Shown here: one piece after another, positions 1 to 12,916 of the stretch
How the letters are laid out: each line of letters opens with the position of its first letter
How positions within the stretch are numbered: the stretch's first letter is position 1
Assembly: GCF_038025025.1 (NCBI RefSeq)
Contig: NW_027117340.1
Coordinates: 1,860,001 to 1,924,000, forward strand
Direction: 5' to 3'
Length of the DNA: 64,000 bases
Source of the DNA: Phyllosticta citribraziliensis
Lineage: Eukaryota
Notes under the pieces: generated by a model
Seen by the model: the letters and a program-made list of their open reading frames with translations, nothing else
The model's database searches: none
What the model was told of the DNA's origin: nothing
Position numbers and translations under genes: made by a program

Positions 1-2062
1 CGACGTGACTCGTGATCAGAGGTTGGTCCCATTCTCTGCTCGAGCCCACATGAGATCGAGACGCTTTTCGATGACTCGTAAGTATTGGGAAAGCGGTGGG
101 CGATGGAATGGCCACATGAAAGGAAGCGTTTGTAGACCCTGGTTTGCCCGGGTTGCCTTTCTCCATTGAGGCGTACCCCTTTCTTGAGTGGCAATGGAAC
201 CCAGTGTGAGAGAAGCTGTCAAGTGGAAGCAAGTGTTGTGCAATCGTTGACATTCAGAATATCGAAAGGACTAGATCGAGTGCTACATGGATCTGTCAAA
301 TGTAAGCACCTCATTGCATTCGCAGGAAACGACGGGCAGGTGAAGGAGAACACCATTGAAACCTACAGCTGCAATGACTAACACCTCTCCAACTCCATCT
401 CCAAAGTCTAAGCCGAGACCTCCTGCGCCACAAAAGTCAGTGATGAATAGCAAGTCTTGCTGGAAGCTCCCAAGTTACTTACTGCCAACACCATGAACCA
501 TCAGCGACTGAAGTCACCGTCCCAAGTGAGCGCTTCTCTTCCACTCGAAATCTCGCGACAACAGGAACGAAACAGCCTGCCTGCAAAGCAGCAGGTGAGT
601 GAGCGATACGTCCTCGGACGCCCCATATATACCCAACCTCCGTCTGACCTCCAGCAAACAAGTTACCGAGCAGCATCGACGTATGTGTGAGTGTATCAGC
701 TGGCGCCTGACCCCAGTCTATGTATTCCGCCGTCCCACATTCTCCAAGTTAGTCCACCACTGCAACCCCCGCCCAAACTCCGTTGGCTGGCCTTCTTTCC
801 CCCGCAAACTCCAAACTCCGTTTTGATCGCCATCTCTCCCCCACATGCCCGAATTTTCACCGCTCACCACATAGCACCCTAATAAAAGCCATCTATACAT
901 TCGACGTGTGGGTTGCTGACGAGTCAATACCCAGGCTTTCAAGGCGTGAGCGCCCATCACTTTTCTCCGCAAAGCTCCCACGTCACTGCAAGAAACGATC
1001 AAGAACCCTCTTTACGAGTGGATTGAGCAATCTCTATTCAGGCTGAAGGAAGAAAAACATCCGGCTCATTTTCGCGTTATCGTCTACCTGGTTCGCGTGA
1101 CCGCAAAGAAAAACACTGTACTTCCCCCTACGTCCAGCCAGCCAGTCAGGTCCACCAGATACTCGCCAGCTACCCGCCAGTCGGGGCCAACGAACCGCCC
1201 AACCAACCACGTAGACGAGTCTCGTCCCAAATCGTCCGTCTTGCCAAGGCTCTCGCGTAGACGATTGCCTCATCCATCTATCCAGGAAGGTAGGAAGGCG
1301 GCTGGCGGCATCCATCTTGGTGAAAGGTCCGTCGATATTCTTTGCAAGGCAAGTATCCGACGTGACCGGGTAGCCAACCGAAACGTCTCTACTTGCCTCA
1401 GAACATGATGCGGCAGGTAGGGGCGCAAACGACGATCCAGATACGATAGGGCTCCCCAATTGCCTGCCCCATTGGGCAACCACGCCTGAAGCCACCCGCA
1501 CAGAGCCCAGCAGTCAGTGCTGAGATGACGGCTTGTTATCGTCGTTCGGTCACGCAATGTGCAGTCTTGAAGAAGCTTGTCTGCCAACCTTACTGTCTCT
1601 GGTTCGTCATTGGTCGGAAAAGGGTCTGCGATGTGCTTGTCGATCGTGATGTGTTGCATGGGAGTGCCAGATTGGACATGGAGGCACTTCTTGGATGATC
1701 ACAACTGCGTTTTTTTTCGTGCGCTCAATTCAGCTATTTCCCATCCAGTGAACGCGCGCAATCAGATTGGCAGTCTACCACTTAGCTCAAATGCAAACTC
1801 TTGATCGTATTTTGGTTATCAACCAAGTGAATCCTCCAATGCCACAGCTCGTGGAAATACGGCGATTCAATGTCTTGAGAATCATTCAAGCACGAGGCAT
1901 AGGGAGAAAAGAATGGAATAGGTCTCATTCTATCATTGGTTGCAACTCTATCTTGCAGCAGAACAAGTCTACCAGCGTCGATTCCAGTAAAGGAGACCAC
2001 GTGTTACTGCGCCTGTTGAATTCACTTTTGCTTTCTACGCAGCGGATGCACCCCAACGTCTC

Positions 2063-5000
2063 CTACAAGTACCCAAGGCCGCGTCCGCCAACGAATTCCA
2101 AGTCGCTGCGCACCACCCACTCCTCAACACCAACCTTGGCACACCCTTCGGCGCGACGCCCACTAGGCAGCTCCGCCCAGCGACCCAGCAAGCCCAAGCC
2201 GGCGTCAACGATGCCGCGCGAGCCAAAGCCCTCGCTCTCGACAGCGCGATACGCGCGCGGGTTGAGGCCACAGTGATGGTCGAGCGAGGCGGTGAGAAAA
2301 GTCTGCAGAGCCGTGAGGCGGCGGTACATTTGCTCGTCGACGGCCGTGATGAGAGACAGGGCGCCCGTCTGCGTCGTTATGAGAATTTGGTGCGTGACCG
2401 GGACGCCTGCCTTCGACCCGTTCTCGTTGTCGATATCCATGGCGTCGTTGATGATGGCGCCGCTGGTGTCAGCTTGGGCTGGCGTTGGCGATAGCGTCGA
2501 GGGAAGCAGCGTCATGGTTGTAACGTAATGGCCAGTGTGGAAGGTGGATTTGTGCAGCAGGCGCGCGCCGCTCACGGACTTCGGATCTGAAATGGTAGGT
2601 AAGTATCTTGTGTTTTCATTATGAACTCGGTCAACGTACGGTCTGGATCGTATTGCAGTACGTGGAGGTCTCCGTCTGCATCAGCTGCGATCATGAACAA
2701 TTCTTTTCCATGCGGGAGGAAGTCGGCAGTCATGACCTCCATGCGGGTGCGCGATTTGCCGAACAGAATCATCTTATAAGGATCCTCCTGCGACAGGATT
2801 AGCAAGCTGATTCTTGTCAACATGAAGTGCATTTACTTACAGTGTAGCCCGAAAACCACAATCCCTTGGCCACGTCACCGAAAATGAGCATGCCAGTTCC
2901 TGCAAGCTCTTTGGCAACAGTCACGTAGCACTGCATGTCCATGAAGGCGACTGGGAGCAAGGTACCGTCCTCCTTGAGACCTCTGACCATGCACTTTTGG
3001 CCCTGGGTCATGAGCAGGAAACCTTGGCTGCCAACCTGCGTGATTGCCGTGACTGGACCGCGAACTTCTTCCTTGGAGACGAGTTTGAGCTTACGATTGG
3101 TCTCGGGGCGGCCGGGCTCGGGCACGACGTTGATAATTTCAAAGACATAGATGCAACCGCGGCTGGGCAGGTCTTCGCCGCGAATAAATCCAGTACCGAT
3201 GCAAATAAGAGCTTTTCGCTCGTGTGTCATCTCATTGACCTCCAGGTTCAGGACTTTGATGGTGAGAACGGCCTCGGTTGACTCAAGGTCAAATCTGAAA
3301 ACACCGTCAGCAAGTCCTCTCCGTTTAGGGCGTTCAATCTTGGTACCTGTCTATCTCCGTATAATTGTCGGTCTCGAAGATCTTTACCGTGCCATGCTCC
3401 ACCTGTGGCTTGAAAGTAATGTCTGGCAAGCGTATGAGAAACTTTGCGCTTTGCGATGAATTCTTAATCTTACCTTCATCTCGCCATTCTGGATGGTGCT
3501 CGTCGTCGGGCATGGAGAAATCCTCCTTCTCCGCCAATCCCACGGCGAGTATGTCTTTTCCCGGGTGGTAGCATAGATTCTGAACATCCCGTCCCATGGG
3601 AATCTTCCTCACCACCCACCCAATGTCACCATATCGGCAGCCCTTGGGCAGCTGGCAAACTTGCATATTGCCATTTTGGTCCACAACTGCAAAGCCCCTT
3701 TCGATGTCCGCGGTGTGGAATCCGCCGACGCATTTCACAGCCTTGGCCTCGAGTTTGATCACTCGAGGCATGCTGGCCGCTTCTTTCAGGATAAAACTGG
3801 GCGAGGTGCCTGTCATGAAGGCCGTGCTGTAACCACCAACGTTGGGCAGGGCGGTAAGGATTGACTCTCGGCCAAGTGCAATGTCCTCGGCTTCGAGACT
3901 GGGTTCTTCAGAGAATTCGGGCAGCTTTGGTTGTGGAACCTTGAGCCAACGAAGGCTGCTAGCGAAGGGCTGGTCAGATCCTTGAGTAGGATAGTGGTAA
4001 GGTTGATAGAGAACAATATCGTTGGAGGATGTCCGAACCTAGTCTTGTCAACACGCCATTCTTTTTCAGCACAGAGAAAACTTACAATGAGGTATGAGGA
4101 CTTGAAGACATTGTCTCCCAGCTCGGCCATGAGGATTTCGGTAAGAGTGGCCTTTGCAGATGAACGCCGGGGGGTGTAATCCGCAGTGAGGTAGGAGGGC
4201 AGGAAACACAGGCTAGTCACCACGTGGACAGGATCTGAAAAGTCTGACGGATCAAAGACCTAGACGCTACATCAGTGCCTCTTCAAAGGTGAGTCATTCA
4301 TGGTTGACATACGTGTAAGCCTCCCTCGGCACTGAGGAGGTAAACCAGGGGCTTATCGCCAGTGGATGCTGATTTGTGGATGCATCCTGAGAGCCATTTT
4401 GTGGACAAGACAGCGTCGCCGCGGTCGATTTCCTCCATTTCGCCATTGGAGTCCGCTTGAAGAATTATGACGCTGGAATCCTCACGATGGATCAGGATAT
4501 ACGGGTCGCAGAAGCTAGTGCTGATGATTCGTAGTTCTTGATCATTCTCGTCTTCCATGGCCAACATTTGTTCGAGACCGAGCTCTGATGGGAAGCAAAG
4601 TTAGCCATGTGCTCACAAGATAAAGTCAAGCACAATGAACACAAGCCGTGCGGGGAAGCGATAGTATTGATTAAATGGCGAATGTTTTGGTATGCCTTTG
4701 TCCAATTCCCCAGTCTTTGGCTTACGTAGCAAGCCTGGTTTCAGAGGGAGGAGGGCCTTGTATAAAAGAGGCAAGATGACAATAAGACGCCATTTTGAAG
4801 GCTCATGTTGCATATCCCCGATGAATCGCAAGCTATCTTCATGCCGCACATTTGCCCGAGCTTGGTTTATTCCACTTTGAATGCATTTGCACAGGCAAAC
4901 CTTACGAAAGTGATCTGTGAAAAAGAAGTTGGACTTACCAGAATTGTAACTGCGAATTTCGCCTTTGAGGACTTGTACGATGCGCGTACCAGCCGCGATG

Positions 5001-6970
5001 GTCCCTACATCGATAGTGGCGGCATCTTCTCTCTCAAATTCTCCCTTGTCATTCTCCTCAAAGCCTGCGGCAGTGATGTTGAAGATTGCAGTCTCTTCGC
5101 CTCCTGCGCTGTTCAACCTGGAAACAATTAGGAGCTGGTCATAGTCCACATCTGCAGAGAGCTTCGCCTCGGCGTCATCCTTGCCGGCAAACTGTATGCC
5201 TTCGGGAGCTGGCTTCTTCGCATGGATAGACCAAACTGCCCTGGCATTCGAAAGTTGCCCTTTGCGAAGCACGACAGGATCAATTTCTCGCCGCACGACA
5301 GCAATGGCACCGGCTTTGTCCTTGCCTGTAGCCATGACAAGATCGACGTGATCTTCCGACTTTGCAAAGGTGCTACTGGACAGGTCCCTGGTTTTGTGGC
5401 TGGCGTGCGCGATGTCTTTGATCGGAGCCAGACTGGGCAGGAAGTCGTGGACTCTAAAAGTGTAGTTTCCAGGGTCGTTCAGCTCCGCAGAGTTGTTTGC
5501 GGCTTTGGTAGTTGTCGCTCCGTCCCCATACAAGTCATCGTCATCTTCAAGATCCTCTTCATCAAAGGAGAGGTCGGCGTCATCGGCCAACATTTCTGCA
5601 TGGGAGCGCTTGCGGGAAAGCTGCGCAGCCTTGCGCGTCCAGCCCACAACTACAGAGTCGCCTTCTTCGCTGCCAATGAACATCCTGTTGCGTCCAAGAC
5701 TGGTGGCGCAAGAAGCCGCCGTTGCCAGGACCAATCCTCCTTTGTCTTGGCCTACACGTTGCAGCGAAAGCCCAGAGACGGACCTTCCGTCCAGCTTGAA
5801 GCTGGCGATGGCCAACGCTCCATCCTTGAGCACAACAAGCAAGTCACCGGTTTCAGATGATAGTTGCTCGATGCGGCACCCCTCGAGCCGCATGCCTAAA
5901 TCCGATTGGTCTGCCATGGGAAAAGAAGAACACTGCTTTGCGAAATCATTGACTGCCACCGCGTTGGTCTTTCCCGCTTGGTCGACATGGATCAGTTGGT
6001 TGGCACCAACGAGGAGGGCGCCGCCGACAGGGAGTGGCAGCGGGACCACTTGATGAGTGTCATAGGGCAAGCCCGGGACCGAGAGCAAGGCTGTAGAGGC
6101 TTTTTCTTCCAAATCCAGAGTAAACACCGTATACGTCAGGGCGTCTTTTCTTTCGTACAGCAATGACGCAGCCATCGCCTTTGGTGCAGATATAATGCCA
6201 AAAGTTGGCTCTCGATACTCGTGCAAGAAATCCAGGTGCACAGGATGAGTAAGGGTTGGGTCTATTTGCGGGAGTGACAAGGTGAAGGATGCTCTGTAAG
6301 GCGTTTGAGCTGTTCCATCTTCGTTTGTGGCCTGACCCTGGGGTGCCGACGCCTCCTCCATGGGCTCGTCAAAGTCGGGGTCGTAGTCGCCTTCGACCAG
6401 GTCGTCACCAAGCTGGCGAAAGGGCAATATTGCCAAGTGGCGGGCTCCAAACTTGAGCGCGGCACATCGACTGTTCGGATCCGCAGCCAGAAAGTTGTGA
6501 TATTGGCTAGGGTCGGCATCCCATGGAGCCCCCTGCAGTTCGTCTCCTTCGTAGTAGTGTATCGAGACGGTAGAAATACCGTGGTTCTGCGGGTCCCATT
6601 CGACCAGGCTCATCTTGGCATTGCGAAAAGCGACTAGAAGCGCATCTCCTCCAGACCTTGTTTCCAGGGCCTTGATTCGAGCCATTGATATGACGGTCCC
6701 GGCAAGAGGGTATTCGGCGACAAGCACAAGCTTGGTAGTATGTTCGGTGCGCTGGACAAACATGTCGGCAGGCTCACCAGCCTCGGGGCCGGCGGTAGAG
6801 AATTGGAACTGGGCATCCTTATTCGCCTCGGTGACGACGGACTTGAGCTCAAAGACCTGCAGCAGAGATGACTTTGCGACGACCAGGTTGTGAGATTTGG
6901 GGCCGAGAAAGTCGAGGTTCACGGCGTGGGAGACGGCGGTCGGCGGGGTGAGGTCGGTGTAAACCTGCAT
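2063..6970 (-). CDS. CFT1: Cleavage and polyadenylation factor subunit Cft1 (CPSF160), about 8 exons
   Basis: ATG at 6970 gives [16 protein letters not shown]. Characteristic segments: [78 protein letters not shown]. Seven GT-AG introns (the first is 4938-4585) join ORFs 4613..7252, 4298..4567, 3813..4223, 3334..3816, 2817..3230, 2572..2832 and 2063..2575. TAG at 2065-2063. Confidence 0.93.
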
Positions 6971-7315
6971 GATGGAGTGGAGGGTCAAGCACAGAGGACG
7001 GGGGCATCCTGCTGTGGTGGTGGTTGGGGAGGGAGCGGAGACGAAATGTTGTCGCGTCTGTGTCTGGTACGCGGTCCCTTCCCCGGTGCCGATCAGCTGC
7101 CGCGCAGATACCACCCAGAGGCCCGAGCTCGACCTCAGCTTCTCCCGGGTCTGCACTGGCGTCATCGGCCAACGTCTGGTCAGCACTGGACCGCACCGCA
7201 TGTCCCAAAAGCAGGCTTCGCCTCCAACCTCCACCTCCTCTCGCTCCCTCATGTCGCCCTGTCAATCCACTCCGGCGACTTAACCACCACCCCCGTCCTC
7301 AATTCCATCGCCGCC
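6971..7315. promoter_or_regulatory. Short bidirectional promoter/5' UTR region shared by CFT1 and the LMBR1-family gene
   Basis: The two ATGs are head-to-head, 345 nt apart, with C/T-rich leaders on each sense strand. Confidence 0.6.
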
Positions 7316-9209
7316 ATGGCCCTCATTCAGACCAGCTTGATCTGGGTCGCCTACGCCGTCGCCATCGTCATCCTCCTGGCCATCGCCTCCATCTTTGTCT
7401 ACCTCTACCAGACTCCACGAGATCGCGCCGCCTCCGTCACGGCAATATGCATCTTCACCACGAGCGCCCTGCTGGCCACCGTCCTACTCATGCCTGTTGA
7501 TGTCGCCCTCGTCTCATCAACCAACATCTCCAGTCAAGGTCGCAAGAAGGATTGGGCCACGCCAGACAAGGTCGACGAAATCGTCTTCACACTCAAGGTT
7601 CTCTACTACACGCTATACTCTTTGGATGCCTTTCTCTGTCTCCTCGTTGTCCCTTTCACCTACTTCTTCTACGAGGAATATGACGAGGGAGCAGAGGCCG
7701 AGGGAACCCAGACATTCGGCGGCCGAATCTGGGGTGCTCTCAAATACACCATTGCCTTTGTCGTCTTGGTAGTCATCCTTTTCCTTGTCGGCTTCTTCGT
7801 CCCGGCTGCGAGGAGCACAAAGCAAAAACATCTGGATCTCGACTATTTCAAAAACCTGCTGGCCGAGAATCGTAAGTGGAAATGCCTATCCCAAGACGCA
7901 CGTGTACTTACACTACGATAGACGGAGAGAGAGCCCTTACATTTGCTCTCGGTTTACTCATCACCATCGGAACGCTGGTTTACGTGCTGTATACGGCAAG
8001 CGGTCTGGCTCTACTGCCGGTCGCCATGATCAAATCCGCTCCTTCGGTGTCGGCGCCGACTCTTTCCGAAAATACTGCTGCTCAGCTTGAATCTAATCGC
8101 GAACGGCAGAGGCAGCTCGAGCGCCGCAATGAAGGTCGTCAAGATGGCCTGGATTCTCGTGACAGGCGGGAGCTCGAGGCTCTTTTGCGAGAAGAACGCA
8201 CGCTTGCTCGACGGGAACGTCTAGCCGCTGAATCCAGCGGCCAAGATCGCAGCTGGTTGGTCAAGACTTGGATCAAGATCGAAGCCGTCTTCCGACCCTT
8301 GAAGCTCGTCGGCGGTGTTTTGTTGATGCTTCTGGCCCTCATCATATTTGCATCTATGCTTATTACTGGCATCGACAAGGCCAAGAACTCCATTTGCAAG
8401 GCCGGATGTGGATATGTTCTGGGTCACATCAACATTTTCCAGCCCATCAACTGGATCTTGGTAAAATCCTCCACCGTCTTCCCCATCGACTACATCATCT
8501 TCTTCTTCCTCTTTTTGTTTCTGTTCTGCGCTTCGGTTGTTGGCATCGCCACTGTTGGCATCCGTTTCCTGTGGGTCACCATCTTCCGCATCCGGAAAGG
8601 TCACACCAGCCCGCAAGCCCTTTTGCTGTCAACGGTCCTCTTGACGTTGATTGTATTGGCTATCAACTACTCTGTTGCGATGCTTGTTGCTCCACAGTAC
8701 TCGACATGGGGTCCGCAAACCTACTGCGATCGACCTGCGCAGATTCCTGGCGGACAACCAGATTGCTCCGACAACAAGAGCGCGGTAAAATCGTGCACAG
8801 AGCTGGCTGAGAACCCAGTCGCAAAGGATGTCTGCACGCCAAGCGTCGTTAGCACCTTCATCAACAGGGTAACCGTTAATTTCCCCTTCTTTGGAGTGGT
8901 CGACTTTTGGGCCCAATTCGCGTTTCTCGGTAAGTTTGATGGTCATTCTGCGAGATTATGCACTCGTGCTTACGCTTAACAGCAATTTACCTCATTTTCT
9001 TCCTCACCACCTTATTCCGCACTCCTAGGCTTGACACCAACCAACTTGAAGCCGACCTCGAAGAAGAGGAAGAGGAAGGCTTGCTGGCTAGCACTGGCCG
9101 CCGCTTCAACGCTACCTGGCAAGACATCACTGGTCGCTCCAAAGCAAGGGCTGCGCATTACGGTGCCACTGATGGTGACGACGCTAGCGCGCGCGACACG
9201 CAATGGTAA
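7316..9209 (+). CDS. LMBR1-family multi-pass membrane protein (probable lysosomal cobalamin transporter homologue), 3 exons
   Basis: [17 protein letters not shown]..., [37 protein letters not shown], many hydrophobic helices. Introns 7872-7921 and 8930-8982; TAA at 9207-9209. Confidence 0.88.
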
Positions 9210-11794
9210 TTGCCTCTTCGCCCATGATGCTTAACGCACCTACATACAAGTCTCCATATCCGAGTTGTCGATACGGTTCTTTGTCCTTGAGTTAGTCGCC
9301 ATGGTCTTATTTCCTAGTTTGATATCCCGATTACGATTGGTGGCGCGCGAACGAGGAGCGAGGTAGCAGAAAATGAAAATACCACCGAGTGGCGTGTGTT
9401 GCCCATCATGCTTTGGTTCCTGCGATGCTGGGAGCATGCGTACCTTGAGACTGGTCCAAAGCATAGCTGTCGAGTGTACCTGCCAAGATCGGTAAGTCTC
9501 CAATCAGATCCCAAAGGCGCGCCGTTTTCCAACGGTTGGTTCTGCCCCTGTACCAATCTCTTCCTTGTTCTGAAACCATTTGATGAGCGCAAAGCTGCAA
9601 ACATGCCCTCACGACTATTGGCCAAAACAGCACACCTCATTTCACAGAGTTTCGGGCGCAAGGGAGGACCGATCCACAAAGGCAACAATTTACGGCACCC
9701 GGGAAAAATATTGCTCTTCTCATGCTCAGCGCAGCTCCGATGCGCGGTTCCGTTTAGGTCATTTCTCACCATCATAATCAGATGCTTGGGACGGGTCTAC
9801 TCCGTGCATCCTGCGACTTTCCAGCAGATGTCAAAGTTTGGCGATCAAATACGCCACATGACCGCAGATATTCAGGCCAAATTCCTTGTTTGGTTAACAA
9901 GATGGACTTAAGCTCTCCAAATTTCGCCTTCCACCGCTCCGTGGACAAGCAGTCAGTTAACTCTAATAGTCGGAAGTAAACCTCGGTCGCCCAAGCTCTG
10001 CTTTACGGCGGCGCTAATTGCCAGATTCTCTCGCTCGTCATACCTGCGATGCTCTGATGAGAACCAGGCCAACGCCACCTCAACGATCTTCCCGCGAATC
10101 AGTCTTGGTATCACCAGCGCACGTGCTGCGACCTTGCCTGTTTTGGCAGTAGCAACGAGCTTTCCATCTGTCTTGGCCTTCCTCGCTGTCTGCTGTCTGA
10201 AAAATACGACCCATGATGTTGGTTTTCGAAAAGACCGACATGCTGCCTTGAGGCTCTGAACATGGTGGCCAACTGTGGTGGCCAACCGTGATGGCAAAGG
10301 TCGTTGGTGGAACAAAAATAGTAAATCAGGGTTCAAGGCCACTAGAGCGAGTCTGTAAGGCTGCGACGGGGATCTTGGGAGTGCGATTTCTTGTCGCGAC
10401 AGGGATAGATCTAACGTCTGTAGGACATCCGAGCAGGCAGGAACACCTGAGAACTCCACCTGCAACGCGTACCGCGCACGCACGTTTTCGCAAATGTGTG
10501 GAGAACACGAACCGTCATTTCAAACCAAAGTCTTTCATGCATGCGGCCAAACGCACCGAGTTCTCCTGTTGAAGTACGGCTCCAGAACCTTGCGAGTAAT
10601 AACCATGATGGAATAGGCTCTTGCGGAACGTCTGACACGGCAGTGCTCCTCACCTACTTCTTGTGGACTGACTAATCGGCTACGGACGGAACGGCCCTCG
10701 TGCACCTCAGACATCGATCCTCTAGTACTGCTGTGGACGTCCTTGGCCAGCCCTCGGCAACAGCGTGGCAGTACCAAGCGGGAACACGCGTAAGCCTCCC
10801 GAAGCCATAGAACGAGTTTGGGGAAATCAATCAATTTCCAATGGCTTGAGTTTGCTGCGACTGCAGAGCGCGAGACGCGGCTACATCAGGGCTTCGTAGC
10901 AAAGTTTTTGATTGTCGATGCTGCGTTGGTTTCTCAGATCCAGGAACAGTGTGTGAGGCCCGCAAGAGGCCAAGCGTATCAAGAAGAGCTAGGAACGATT
11001 GGCAAACTGTCAGATGAGCCAAACATGCCATGCCACTTCAACCAAGGCTCCAAGACCCCGTCGTATGCAGGAACGCAAAGCCAAAAATCTTGTTGACGCC
11101 AAAGTCGCCAGTGGTGGCCATACAACATGACTGGGTGCAAGCCCCCGCCGCCACTGCGAGACCCTGGTTTCCAGAACAACTCTACCCTTGGCCTGCCCGT
11201 CGACAACAGCCTGGATTTTCATGGATTTTCGCAAATCACAACTCAGGACTGCTGCCACAAGGTAGCGAGCTCCTGGGCCTACCAGCAAAACTCAAGAAGT
11301 CGGTACTTTCGGAAGCCGGGTAAACTGCTGTGAGCGGAGAAGGACCATGACCAATACCTTGCGCTCGTCCATGCACGGCCTCAACCACAGCCTTGTTAAG
11401 CTGCAAGTCTACCTTTCCAAGCGCGCTTCTAAGCATTGGCCGCAGGCGGGTTTTGAGCGGAGGCAATGAGTTTGCTCCACCAGACCGATCATCCATCAAC
11501 CCAGACCCTGTCGCTCGTAGTCCCCGCGGCCAAGCTGCATGGGGCCTCTGCACCTCGCTGTCGCTGTAGGATTCGAGTCCCGAGGCCGGTAAGATTGCCT
11601 AGTGTAAATCCTGCAATCTATTTGTTCTAAGAATACGGGAAAGAGCATCTTTGACAAGGAACCTTTGGTGGTGAGGCTTTCCGGCCGTGTACATTATATA
11701 TACAAAGAACTGCTCCAGTTATCCTCCCATCATTCAACCAACCCCTTCCACCTATCCATTCTTTTCCGTTTGACAACGCGGGTATTACATCATC

Positions 11795-12916
11795 ATGCAC
11801 GGGTACGGAAAAGTTCTTCTCGCCTCCCTCTTCGCGAGCGGCTCTCTCGCTTTGCCTTGGGCTCAGGGCTCCACGGATTCGACCACGGGTACACAGCAGA
11901 CGAATACTCAAAACTCGGGTCCATCTACTGCGGAAATCAAGTCGAGTGGAACAGGCGGCAAGGTTGCAGAGGGTGAACCCATCCCTGAGGTCTCCGAAGT
12001 TGGCCCTGCCTATTCTCTCCTGCTTGCGAAGGAAGTGTACGTTCGCGTGTGTCACCTTTTAATCTACTGCTAATCATACCAGCGCTCCAACGGATCTCGA
12101 TGGTGTCATTGTGTCCTGGGCATACGGACTCCCTTTCTGCACGCAACGCCAGCTTCTCTCTGAGAGTATCGAGGACTTCTGCAACAAGAACCTTACTTTT
12201 GATCGAGTACCTAAGCTGGACGAGAATCTTCAAGCCACCGGAGAGGTCACTCAGATCTCGGGTTACTATGCCGGCTGCTCCGACGACGTGTCACTCGGAC
12301 GCTCTTACGCTGGTCTCTACTGGGTGGAGGTAATTGGCATGTACGATGGCGTCGGTGATCAACCAGCTGCCCCCGGTGGAACCGACGGATATGTGCAGAG
12401 GACTACCAACACCGGTACCAACAGCGGCACGCCACCGACGACTCAAAACACGCAGAACACTCAACAAGGCACTCAAAGTACTCAGAACACGGGTACCTCC
12501 TCCGGAGGCACTGGCAATGGCGGTGTTCGAGGACCCGTCGAACAGCCAACCCCCGGCAAGACTGCTTACAAGTGCAATAACGATCGGGAGTCTCACGAGT
12601 GTCCCCGTGGTAACAACGCTGAGGTTGACATTATTGCGTTCGCTTCTGTAAGCACTCCAACCTTGTGTGGAAGGTATTCGGAGCAGGTTCTAATAGAAAT
12701 TAGTGCGGCCAATACGCCTACACCGACAAGAAGGGCGAACCCGGTACTGGTGGTTCTAGTAGTGGAACTACTTCCACCACTCCCCCAACGACCGACAACA
12801 AGCAGCAGCAGGGCAACACCCAGCAATCTGGATCCGGCACGGGCACCGGCACCGGCACCGGCGGCGGCAGTGTGGGAGGTCGCAAGTACAAGACGCTTCG
12901 TGCCCTCAAGGCTTAG
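11795..12916 (+). CDS. Secreted hypothetical protein (about 340 aa; six Cys, Thr/Gly/Gln-rich linkers), 3 exons
   Basis: Signal-peptide-like start MHGYGKVLLASLFASGSLA-LP. Introns 12037-12082 (GTACGT..CTAAT..CAG) and 12648-12703 (GTAAGC..CTAAT..TAG) join three frames into one ORF ending ...KYKTLRALKA, TAG at 12914-12916. Confidence 0.75.

Noticed and set aside
300..700. Intron-like signals (GTGAGT at 595..CTGAC..CAG at 654; GTAAGC at 302)
   Set aside because: I could not build a convincing ORF. A short or non-coding transcript is possible but unsupported.
6890..7315. Apparent overlap of the CFT1 and LMBR1 ORFs across the shared promoter
   Set aside because: The ORF-track extensions run upstream of the likely ATGs (6970 and 7316) and do not look like protein.
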